From assembly GCA_022574655.1 (NCBI GenBank), contig JACZRQ010000001.1:6214-70213 (forward strand): 64,000 nt of DNA, read 5' to 3'. The notes beneath the pieces were generated by a model that ran no database searches, was not told where the DNA came from, and saw only the letters and a list, made by a program, of their open reading frames with translations. The first letter of the stretch is position 1. Every line of letters begins with the position of its first letter. Source of the DNA: Chloroflexota bacterium (lineage in GTDB: Bacteria > Chloroflexota > Dehalococcoidia > SM23-28-2 > RBG-16-64-32). Positions 50,799 through 58,799 of the stretch are shown one piece after another. The translations under genes were made by a program, and so were the position numbers.

Positions 50799-51320
50799 TC
50801 AGCCGCTGTACGTCCAACCAGTGTACCCGGACGTCATCGGCTCGACTTCCTTCTCGATTCGCCCGTCGAGCACCCGCCCCACTACCAGCGTATGATCGCC
50901 GATCGAGAACGATTCCTCGACCTCGCACTCGAACCACGCCATCGCTGAGGAAAGCACGGGGCAGCCGGAGCCCGTCAGCTCGCAGTCCACGCCATCGAGC
51001 TTGTGGTGGACCTTGGCGGCTTCCGCCCCCTTTCGCCCCTTCACCTTCCCGCCGCTGCTCGGCTGCGCGAACCGGCGCGCCAACTCCATGCCTTCGTCGT
51101 TCTGCGCCAGCAGGTTCACCGTGAACGCCTTGTGCTCGCTCACATGCTTGAGGGTGTTGGAGTCGTTCTCAAACGAGACAGCGACGAGCCTCGGCTCGAA
51201 TGAGACCTGCATCACCCAGTCCGCCATCATGGCGTTAACTCCGTCGCCCTCCCGGCAACCGATGATGTACAGACCGTACGGCATCTCGTGCATCACGCGC
51301 GCTACTTCGTCTTTTTCCAT
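50799..51320 (-). CDS. flavin reductase family protein
   Basis: MPYGLYII, WVMQVSFEP, GDHTLVVG. Confidence 0.88.
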   Translation of the reverse strand: MEKDEVARVMHEMPYGLYIIGCREGDGVNAMMADWVMQVSFEPRLVAVSFENDSNTLKHVSEHKAFTVNLLAQNDEGMELARRFAQPSSGGKVKGRKGAEAAKVHHKLDGVDCELTGSGCPVLSSAMAWFECEVEESFSIGDHTLVVGRVLDGRIEKEVEPMTSGYTGWTYSG

Positions 51321-51334
51321 GATTAGCGATCCGC

Positions 51335-53140
51335 CTAGGCGGGCTTTGCCACCTCTGCCATCTGCTTCACCGACGCCAATAGCTCGGCAGCCTCTGTGAC
51401 GGGAGGCGAACACATCGTGCCGAAGCAGGCGTATGCTGCGGGCGCTGGTTCCGAGGGAAGCACCAGCGCTTCCAGCCGCTTGGCATCCTCGGGATTGATG
51501 ATCTGCACGCTGCGCGAAGGGACGTCGAGCGCCAAGGCGGCCTGATGCAGGCTGGAGGCGGACTCGGCATCACCAACGATGTTCACTTCGGCAGGCGGAT
51601 TGAGGAACGTATCCGTCTGCCGCGCGTAGCCCGCTGCGAAGTGGCCCATGTGAGGCACGTCTCCGGCAAATGCTTCGAGGGTCGATCGTGCGACATCCTT
51701 GTAGTCGTCCGTGCGCGTCAGGTGGTGGAGACGCAGGAACAGCTCGGCGCACACGGTGTTGTCCTGCAGGGACTTCTGGCGTTCCTCCAGGCGGCCCACG
51801 GTCGACGGCTCGTCCCAGACATCGAAGAATCCCTTACGGCCGTTCGGATCGAGAAATCGGTCGAGGAGGAAGGCGGCTAGCTGTTCGGCGCGATCGAGGT
51901 ATACGGGATCGCCCGTGACCTCGTAGGCGTCGAGCATCGCACGGGCGGTGTGTGACTGGTCTCCGAGAAGGCCAAGCACTTGCGGACCGCTGCCGTCATG
52001 GAAGCGGTACATGCCTTTTTTCGGTTCGCGACACTCGTCCCAGAGGAACGTCAGCGCCTGTGCGGCAGCATCACGGAGATCCGGACGGCCGAGCGTCCAC
52101 GATGCTTCCAAGTACGCGGAGGCCGCCATCGCGTTCCAGCTCGTGTAGCAGGTGTGATCGATGTACGGTTCTTCTTTTCCTTCGCGTTCCGCCTTCGATA
52201 GCTTGTAGAACTCCTCGTCCGCGTCCTGGGAGCCATAGAAGAACCCCTTTTCTGGGTCGCGCAGCTTCCACTCGATGTAGTCGATCGTGCGACGCGCGAA
52301 GTCAGCGTGCTCCTCGTCGCCGGTGATGCGGTAGAGCGCCAGAAGCGCCTTGAGCAGGCCGCCGTGGTCCTCCAACATCTTCTCGTAGTGGGGCTCCGAC
52401 CAGTCGCGCCTCGTGGAGTAGCGGAAGAAGCCACCCCACTCATGGTCGTACATTCCGCCACGCGCCATCGATTCCAGCGTCTTGCGCGCCATGTGCAGCA
52501 CGTCGGGGTCGCGCGACTTGCGATGCGCGTACAGGAGGAGGTCGATGGCGTCCGAGTGCGGGAACTTCGGGGCGTCGCCGAACCCTCCGTGCATCGGATC
52601 GTAGTGATCGCCCACTGCCCTCAAGACCGTGTCGTAGACCTCCGAGGTGATCTCGCTCGTTGCTTGAGAGGAGAGCGCCGCCGCTCGCTTTTCGCGCAGA
52701 TCAGCGACCTTGCGGGCCACCTCATCCTTGTTGCTCTGGAAGTAGACCCAGACCTTTGGGAGAAGCTCCAGCATCTGTTCCGGCGGCACGTAGGTCGAAC
52801 CGGAAATCGCCTCGCCGTCGGGGGTGAGAAACGCCGTCGTCGGCCAGCCGCCCATGTTGTAGCGGGCGTTGATGTCCGGGCGCTGATCGTTGTCGACGCG
52901 GACCGGGATGTAGTGCTTGTTGATGTATGTGATGACGCCTTCGTTGGAGTACGAGGTCTCGTCCATGACGTGACACCAGTGACACCACACAGCGGAGAGG
53001 GCGAGCAGAACCGGCTTGTTCGAGACGCGCGCCTGTTCGAAGGGCTCCGGGCCCCACTCCTGCCAGTTGATCTCGTGCGCGCGGTTCGGGCGCGGCGAGA
53101 AGTGGAACGGAGGCTTCGCCTCTTTTTTAGATTTCGCCAT
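51335..53140 (-). CDS. DUF255/YyaL (SSP411-like) thioredoxin-domain protein
   Basis: WCHWCHVMD, GGWPTT, GGFGDAPKFP, PHYEKML. Confidence 0.9.
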   Translation of the reverse strand: MAKSKKEAKPPFHFSPRPNRAHEINWQEWGPEPFEQARVSNKPVLLALSAVWCHWCHVMDETSYSNEGVITYINKHYIPVRVDNDQRPDINARYNMGGWPTTAFLTPDGEAISGSTYVPPEQMLELLPKVWVYFQSNKDEVARKVADLREKRAAALSSQATSEITSEVYDTVLRAVGDHYDPMHGGFGDAPKFPHSDAIDLLLYAHRKSRDPDVLHMARKTLESMARGGMYDHEWGGFFRYSTRRDWSEPHYEKMLEDHGGLLKALLALYRITGDEEHADFARRTIDYIEWKLRDPEKGFFYGSQDADEEFYKLSKAEREGKEEPYIDHTCYTSWNAMAASAYLEASWTLGRPDLRDAAAQALTFLWDECREPKKGMYRFHDGSGPQVLGLLGDQSHTARAMLDAYEVTGDPVYLDRAEQLAAFLLDRFLDPNGRKGFFDVWDEPSTVGRLEERQKSLQDNTVCAELFLRLHHLTRTDDYKDVARSTLEAFAGDVPHMGHFAAGYARQTDTFLNPPAEVNIVGDAESASSLHQAALALDVPSRSVQIINPEDAKRLEALVLPSEPAPAAYACFGTMCSPPVTEAAELLASVKQMAEVAKPA

Positions 53141-53173
53141 TCAGTAATCCCTGCTATCCGGCACTAGCTACTT

Positions 53174-53590
53174 CTATTCTGTCAGAAATCGGTCTTTGAC
53201 ATCAGCCGCCGGTACCATGCACTCCTCCTTCCGGCCGAACCAGCGATAGCGCCGCTTCGCGAACCAGTTGTAGAGGACGTCTCGCAGCGGGCGTGGGACG
53301 ACGATCGCCGCGTATAGGGCAGGATACACGCCGCCGAGCCTCCGCGCGATCCTCAGCGCAGCCGTGGAACGCAGGTACGCCTTCCCGCCCTCGATTAGGA
53401 CGAACGTATCCAGTTGAGACGGGTCGAACCCGTACTGACGCTGGAGGCGCGCTCCCGCCTCCGACTGCAGCGGCGCGAAGCGAAAGTAGGATCGCTTGTC
53501 GTTACCGATCACGAAGTTGATGGAGGCGTCGCAGAAGTTGCAGACGCCGTCGAAGAGGACGGTTGGGTGGGCTCCGGAGTCGGGAGGCAT
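53174..53590 (-). CDS. DCC family thiol-disulfide oxidoreductase (YuxK-like)
   Basis: FDGVCNFC, FAPLQS, RYRWFG. Confidence 0.9.
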   Translation of the reverse strand: MPPDSGAHPTVLFDGVCNFCDASINFVIGNDKRSYFRFAPLQSEAGARLQRQYGFDPSQLDTFVLIEGGKAYLRSTAALRIARRLGGVYPALYAAIVVPRPLRDVLYNWFAKRRYRWFGRKEECMVPAADVKDRFLTE

Positions 53591-53626
53591 TTCGGGTCTA
53601 TGTTATCGAAGACGGATACTCCGTCT

Positions 53627-54553
53627 CTACTTGACGTCGGCGATCAGGTCGGCGATGACGTCGTAGCGCCCGAACGACGGTACCAGGTAGACGCCAGCGG
53701 CCTTGTCGCGGCACAAGGCGATGAAGTCTCGCGCCATCGCCTTGCCTTCGGCGAGGCCGCGTTCGTCGCCGGCCTTGCGCATACGGTCGCGCACGTCGTC
53801 CGGGAGGTACATGCCGGGGACTTCCTTGTGCAGGAACTCGGCGTGACGGGAGTTGGCGAGCGGCAGGACGCCGACCATCGCCGGGCGCTTGAACTTGGCG
53901 GCGCCGTCGAGGAAGCGTTCGAGCACCTTTTCGTCGAAGACGTTCTGGGTCATGAAGAAGTTGGCGCCGGCCTCCACCTTACGTCGCATCAGCCGTAGCT
54001 CCGGCTCGATCGGGTTGGCGTTCAGGTTCGCCGCGCCGCCGACGAAGAACGACGCCTTGCGGCCGATGGACTTGCCAGCGAAGTCGACGCCATCGTTGGC
54101 GAGCTTGAGGAAGCGGATGAGCCCGACGGCGCTGATGTCCCAGACGCCAACGATGTCCGTGTAGCCGCCGACGGACGGCGGGTCGCCGCGCAGACAGAGG
54201 ATGTTGCGGACGCCGAGGACGTGCGCGCCGACCATGTCCGAGTGGATGGCCATGGCGTTACGGTCGCGGGTGGTGTAGTGCATGATGATGTCGGCGCCGA
54301 CCTCGCGCTGGAGCAGCACGGACATCGCCAGGGGCGACATCCGTACCTTGGCGGTGGGGCTGTCGCCGACGTTGAGGCCGTCGACGCCCGCTTCTTGCAG
54401 GAGCTTGGCGCCTTCGAGCGCCCGCTTAGGGCTGAGGCCGTGCGGCGGGTCGACCTCGACGGTGACGACGAACTGGCCGGCCTCGACCTTCTCGCGGAAG
54501 GTGGCGGGTTCGAGGGCGTCGCTCGTCTGGGCGGCGGCTGGCTTCTTGGTCAC
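53627..54553 (-). CDS. metF: methylenetetrahydrofolate reductase (YitJ C-terminal type)
   Basis: VEVDPP, HYTTRDRN, GDPP, KVEAGANFFMTQ, EVPG; GTG start inferred from the upstream promoter. Confidence 0.82.
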   Translation of the reverse strand: MTKKPAAAQTSDALEPATFREKVEAGQFVVTVEVDPPHGLSPKRALEGAKLLQEAGVDGLNVGDSPTAKVRMSPLAMSVLLQREVGADIIMHYTTRDRNAMAIHSDMVGAHVLGVRNILCLRGDPPSVGGYTDIVGVWDISAVGLIRFLKLANDGVDFAGKSIGRKASFFVGGAANLNANPIEPELRLMRRKVEAGANFFMTQNVFDEKVLERFLDGAAKFKRPAMVGVLPLANSRHAEFLHKEVPGMYLPDDVRDRMRKAGDERGLAEGKAMARDFIALCRDKAAGVYLVPSFGRYDVIADLIADVK

Positions 54554-54563
54554 AGTGGGTACA

Positions 54564-54592
54564 AGGGTAGGGGATGGGGGAGAGGCGGGCAA
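54564..54592 (-). promoter_or_regulatory. candidate sigma70 promoter of metF
   Basis: TTGCCC-N17-TACCCT, 10 nt before the GTG. Confidence 0.5.
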
Positions 54593-54610
54593 CGGGCGAT
54601 AGCGTGAGGG

Positions 54611-56071
54611 CTACCGCAGGTAGCGTCTGCGGGCGTACCAGCCACCAACGATGAGCGTGGCTCCGATTGCGGCCATGAGCCCCGCTATGTGGCCGGTGTT
54701 GTCATGTCGACTTTCGCTGGCCGGAGCATCTCCCGCCTCCAGCAGGCCAGCGATGCCGCCAACCGCCAGCGGCGGTCCGGGGGGTGGGCAACCGTTGTGT
54801 TGAGGGACACCGGGGAGATCAGGGCAGACGTCGAACGGATCGAAGATGTCGTCATCATCGCTGTCACTTCTGCAGTTCGGATTACTGCAATGCAGCACCT
54901 TCAGGTCGTCGTTCGGAACGCCGTCGAAGTAGCTAACCACTGAGTTGCCGATGCCATCCAGCGCCAGCGATGTGTGAAAGCCGACAATTCCCGCCGTGTC
55001 TGGGGAGGTGATGACGTTGTCTGCGCTGCAGTCCGGGCTTCCGCAGTGCAGCACCTTCAGGTCTCCGTTTGTGTCGTCGGCGTAGCTGACCACTGGGTTG
55101 CCGATGCCGTCCAGCGCCAGCGATGTGTAGAACCCGACATTCCCCGCCGTGTCGGGGGACGTGATGACATTGCCGCCGCTACAGTCCGAGTCGCCACACT
55201 GCAGCATCTTCAGGTCCTTGTTGGTGCTGTCGTAGTAGCTGACCACCGGGTTGCCGCTCCCGTCCAGCGCCAGCGACGAGTACAACCCCACGAAGCCCGC
55301 CGTGTCGGGAGAGGTGATAACGTTTCCTGCGCCGCAGTTCGGGTCGCCGCAGTGCAGCACCTTCAGGTCTCCATTGCTGCGGTCGTAGTAGCTCACCACC
55401 GGGTTTCCGCTCACGTCCAAGGCCAGAGCCGAGTGCTCGCCTACGAGACCTACCGTGTCGGGAGAGGTGATGACGTTGCCCATGCTGCAGTCCGGGTCGC
55501 CGCAGTGCAACACCTTCAGATCAAAGTTGCTGCCGTCGAGGTAGCTGACCACGGGGTTGCCGTTGCCGTCCAGCGCCAGCGATGTGTAGAACCCGACATT
55601 CCCCGCCATGTCAGGGGACGTGATAACGTTCCCCGCGGCGCAGTTCGCGTCTCGGCAGTGCAACACTTTTAGGTCTAAGTTGCTGTTGTCCCAGTAGCTG
55701 ACAACTGGATTGCCGCTACTATCCAGCGCCAGCGATGTGTGGATCCCGACATTTCCCGCCGTGTCGGGGGAGGTGATGACGTTGCCCGCGCTGCAGTTCG
55801 GGTCGCCGCAGTGTAGCAACTTAAGATCCCCGTTGCTCCCGTCGTGGTAACTGACGACCGGGTTGCCGGTGCCATCGAGCGCCAGGGAAGTCGAACCCCC
55901 GACGCTGCCTGCCGTGTCAGGGGAGGTGATGACGTTGTCGACGGCCTCTACTGCGGGGGCTTTGCATAGCGCCGAGGCGAACAGTACCGCAACTATGGCA
56001 GCCGCCACGGCGACCGAAGGCGGGATTATTGACGGACGAAGCGTATAAGCGGCGTGTCCAGCATGGGACAT
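54611..56071 (-). CDS. secreted/surface protein with 7 tandem 51-aa repeats (probable beta-propeller), TSP3-like motif and C-terminal membrane anchor
   Basis: Signal peptide; repeat [48 protein letters not shown] helix then WYARRRYLR. Confidence 0.85.
   Translation of the reverse strand: MSHAGHAAYTLRPSIIPPSVAVAAAIVAVLFASALCKAPAVEAVDNVITSPDTAGSVGGSTSLALDGTGNPVVSYHDGSNGDLKLLHCGDPNCSAGNVITSPDTAGNVGIHTSLALDSSGNPVVSYWDNSNLDLKVLHCRDANCAAGNVITSPDMAGNVGFYTSLALDGNGNPVVSYLDGSNFDLKVLHCGDPDCSMGNVITSPDTVGLVGEHSALALDVSGNPVVSYYDRSNGDLKVLHCGDPNCGAGNVITSPDTAGFVGLYSSLALDGSGNPVVSYYDSTNKDLKMLQCGDSDCSGGNVITSPDTAGNVGFYTSLALDGIGNPVVSYADDTNGDLKVLHCGSPDCSADNVITSPDTAGIVGFHTSLALDGIGNSVVSYFDGVPNDDLKVLHCSNPNCRSDSDDDDIFDPFDVCPDLPGVPQHNGCPPPGPPLAVGGIAGLLEAGDAPASESRHDNTGHIAGLMAAIGATLIVGGWYARRRYLR
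54866..55936 (-). repeat. 7 x ~153-bp intragenic tandem repeat
   Basis: Repeating DNA such as CCAGCGCCAGCGATGTGT and GGTGATGACGTTG at ~153-nt period. Confidence 0.93.
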
Positions 56072-56091
56072 GCTGCACCCCCTGTACGGCA

Positions 56092-56119
56092 ATTATAGTC
56101 AACCTGAGGGGCGTGTCAA
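56092..56119 (-). promoter_or_regulatory. consensus sigma70 promoter of the repeat-protein gene
   Basis: TTGACA-N16-TATAAT. Confidence 0.7.
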
Positions 56120-56155
56120 TGTGACGATAGGGGCTCTGAGGCCCCTCCGGGAGCT

Positions 56156-56210
56156 CTACGCCTTGACGCCGGCGGCTTGGCGCATGAGGCCTGTAAGGCG
56201 CTCGTGGTTA
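56156..56210 (-). repeat. diverged duplicate of the 3' end of the EVE gene
   Basis: Encodes ERLTGLMRQAAGVKA*, versus EWLTGLMREASGVKA* at 56386-56440. Confidence 0.85.
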
Positions 56211-56359
56211 GGGGTAGAATGACGGCGTAAGGAGATTCTGGTCCGTGCCCCAAATGACATCTGCTGCCGAAGGGACGATTGCTGGCGGCGGTACCCCTTG
56301 CGTTGCTCTCGGCGCTGGTGATAGGCGCGGCGGGGGTGGCGGGAGAGCCGTTGAGTGTT

Positions 56360-56389
56360 GTAGGGGCGACCTGGCCGATCCGCCCTTAC
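56360..56389. repeat. GTAG-type REP-like palindrome
   Basis: GTAGGGGCG-N12-CGCCCTTAC, overlapping the EVE stop codon. Confidence 0.55.
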
Positions 56390-56835
56390 GCTTTGACGCC
56401 GGAGGCTTCGCGCATGAGGCCGGTCAGCCATTCGTAGTCTTCTTCGGGGATCTGGTGTAGGTTGCCCTGGAAGGCGAGGCGCCAGTGCTCGGCGGGCCAC
56501 TTCTTCGTGTACTTCATCTGGGGGCCGAGCTCGCGTACGTCGAGGTACTGGTCCGGGGTGAGCACGATCTCCGACTTGATGCTGACGCGCCAGGGGTAGT
56601 CTTCCTTGGGCTTCACGCTCTTGAACACGGGATCGTGGTCCTCGAAGTACTCGGAGGTGACTTCGGCGAGGCCGCCGAACTTCATGATCTTCGTGAGGTA
56701 GAAGATCAGCTTGTCGCCGGGCTGCATCTTCGCTACTTCCTTGCGGCGGGTGCTCTTGAAGCCGAACATGTCGAAGCCGCGCGACTCGGCGATGCGCATG
56801 TTTTCTTCTGATCCGACTACGATCCAGTAGGTCAT
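56386..56835 (-). CDS. EVE domain protein
   Basis: MTYWIVVG, MQPGDKLIFY, FGGLAEVTS, YPWRV, IPEEDY; AGGAGG RBS. Confidence 0.88.
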   Translation of the reverse strand: MTYWIVVGSEENMRIAESRGFDMFGFKSTRRKEVAKMQPGDKLIFYLTKIMKFGGLAEVTSEYFEDHDPVFKSVKPKEDYPWRVSIKSEIVLTPDQYLDVRELGPQMKYTKKWPAEHWRLAFQGNLHQIPEEDYEWLTGLMREASGVKA

Positions 56836-57005
56836 TTTGTCCTCCTTTTGACAGGTGCCCACCCGCCCACCCATTGAAGAAGGGGACACCCCCATGCCCT
56901 CAGCCCCGATTGGATCGGGGAACCCGCTTGCCTCAGATTATACGGACACCGGCCTGACGGCGGGCTAAAGCCCGCCCCCCAAAGGATCAGCGCGGGCCAA
57001 TTGGG

Positions 57006-57032
57006 AAGCCCGGTGGTCTCCCACCGGGCTTT
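57006..57032. terminator. hairpin downstream of iscA/erpA (probable terminator)
   Basis: AAGCCCGGTGG-TCTC-CCACCGGGCTT, 11-bp stem. Confidence 0.6.
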
Positions 57033-57056
57033 GTGTCTCGTGTTAGGTTTGCGGCG

Positions 57057-57419
57057 CTAGTGCGAGCAGGCCTTGGCTTCACCGCCGCCTTCGGCGGTCT
57101 GGAAGGAGGTGCCGCAGGCGCAGGACTTGACTGCGTTGGGATTGTTGATCGTGAAGCCGGCCTTCATCAGATCGTCCACGTAGTCGATCTCGGCGCCTTC
57201 GAGCAGCGGAGCGCTCTCCGGGTCTACGATGATGCGGATGCCGCCGTGCTCGATGACCAGGTCGTCATCATCGACCTCTTTGGCTAGCGCCATGCCGTAC
57301 TGATAGCCGGAGCAGCCGCCGCCCGCCACGAACACGCGTAGGCCAGCGTCTTCCTTGAGGCCCTTCTCTTCGAACAACTCTTTGGCCTTGACGGCCGCTT
57401 TTTCTGTCATCGTCAGCAT
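57057..57419 (-). CDS. A-type Fe-S carrier (IscA/ErpA/HesB family)
   Basis: GGGCSGYQY, IDYVD, NPNAVKSCACGTSF. Confidence 0.93.
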   Translation of the reverse strand: MLTMTEKAAVKAKELFEEKGLKEDAGLRVFVAGGGCSGYQYGMALAKEVDDDDLVIEHGGIRIIVDPESAPLLEGAEIDYVDDLMKAGFTINNPNAVKSCACGTSFQTAEGGGEAKACSH

Positions 57420-57528
57420 GCTCTACACCTCATTCGGAGATAAAGGAACCAAACGCTTCTATTAAGCTACAGCAAGCGTATCAACGCTACCGTACGCTGT
57501 CAATACGACGACGCCCATCGGCGTATCG

Positions 57529-58143
57529 TTACCACTCGACGCCGAGGGCACGCAGCGACTTCTCAAGCGCCGGGAAGTGTCCCTCGTAATGGATCGCGCT
57601 GAATCCGGCCGCGATGGCGCCGTCGATGTTCGGCTGGAGATCGTCGATGTGGACGCAGGCCGAGTAGCCGACGTTCATCTGGTCGGCGGCGTGGTGATAG
57701 ATACGGGTGTCGGGCTTGGCGATGCCCAGGCGGGCGGAGTTCACAACGATCTCGAACAAGTCGCTCAGCCCGCTTGGCTCCAGCATCTCCTTCTCGAGAC
57801 GCTTCGTCGTGTTCGAGATCATCCCAACGCGGTAGCGCGATCCCAGTGCGCGTGCCAGCTCCACCACATCCTCGTCCAACCCCTGCCACATCTGCCGCCA
57901 GTCCTCGTGGAGTTGCGGCACTGGCTTACCAGCCTTCTCGTCGAGAGCCCGGTTCGCCGCCGCGATCCACTCCTCGGTCGGGATACGGCCAATCTCTGCC
58001 TTGCGCCACTCGGGGATGCCGTAGATCGAGCGCAGCAGGTCGTTCTCCTTGAGGCCGTACGAGCTTTCGAGGCGGCGGATCTCGTCACGGTCGAGCCTCC
58101 CGATCACGCCGCCGAAGTCGAAGAAGACGGCTTCGATCACCAT
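57529..58143 (-). CDS. HAD family phosphatase
   Basis: FDFGGVI, ISNT, KPD, HIDD. Confidence 0.88.
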   Translation of the reverse strand: MVIEAVFFDFGGVIGRLDRDEIRRLESSYGLKENDLLRSIYGIPEWRKAEIGRIPTEEWIAAANRALDEKAGKPVPQLHEDWRQMWQGLDEDVVELARALGSRYRVGMISNTTKRLEKEMLEPSGLSDLFEIVVNSARLGIAKPDTRIYHHAADQMNVGYSACVHIDDLQPNIDGAIAAGFSAIHYEGHFPALEKSLRALGVEW

Positions 58144-58754
58144 GCCACACCTATCGCTTCCAGCTTGGCGACGAACGACTCGTAGTCCGTGAAGTGGATG
58201 CCATGCATCCCCAGCTCCGATGCCGCCAATGCGTAAGATGCCGTGTCGTCAGTGAAGACGCTGCTCTCCAGCGACACGCCCATCTGATTCGTGGCGTGGT
58301 GGAAGATCTCCGGATCGGGCTTGGCGATCTTGAGGTCGCCGGAGCCGACGCGCGCCTCTGTCAACTCGATGAGTTGGGGGAACTGCGTCTGCAACCGCTC
58401 TTCCATGCCCGGTGTAGTGTTCGAGATGATCCCCAGGCGATAGCGACCGTGCAGGCGTTCCATCAGCCGAACCATGTCGAGGTTCAGTTCACTATCGGCC
58501 TCCCGTAGCGCCTTCAGCATTCCCCGCGCCTTGTCGCCGACGTTGCGCTCGGCCGCCTCGCGGATCGACTCGACCCACTCCTGCTCGGTGCATCTGCCGA
58601 CGAAGAAGTCCTTGTAGCGGCTGTCGCGGTAGAGGCAGTTGAAGACACTGCGCTCAGGCAGATCGAACTGAGCTTCGATCGCCTTGTGGTCGATTCCGTC
58701 GGCGTGCTTCAGCAGCACACCACCGAAGTCGAAAAAGATAGCTTCTACTGACAA
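58137..58754 (-). CDS. HAD family phosphatase (tandem paralog)
   Basis: FDFGGVL, ISNT, KPDPEIF, FTDD. Confidence 0.88.
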   Translation of the reverse strand: MSVEAIFFDFGGVLLKHADGIDHKAIEAQFDLPERSVFNCLYRDSRYKDFFVGRCTEQEWVESIREAAERNVGDKARGMLKALREADSELNLDMVRLMERLHGRYRLGIISNTTPGMEERLQTQFPQLIELTEARVGSGDLKIAKPDPEIFHHATNQMGVSLESSVFTDDTASYALAASELGMHGIHFTDYESFVAKLEAIGVAW

Positions 58755-58799
58755 AACAGTTGCGCTTGGATGATCCCGTGTTACCGGAGCGATTCGCTC

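Noticed and set aside
53627..54592. metF as a pseudogene truncated by insertion of the repeat-protein gene
   Set aside because: The MTHFR domain looks complete and has a plausible promoter and GTG start; no methyltransferase remnant was seen on the other side.
54866..55936. CRISPR array or DGR template/variable repeat
   Set aside because: The repeats are in-frame 153-nt coding units with no unique spacers, and there is no cas or reverse transcriptase gene in the window.
56156..56500. 114-aa minus-strand ORF ending ...LTGLMRQAAGVKA
   Set aside because: A chance frame running through the EVE gene and intergenic DNA into the duplicated gene end; not protein-like.
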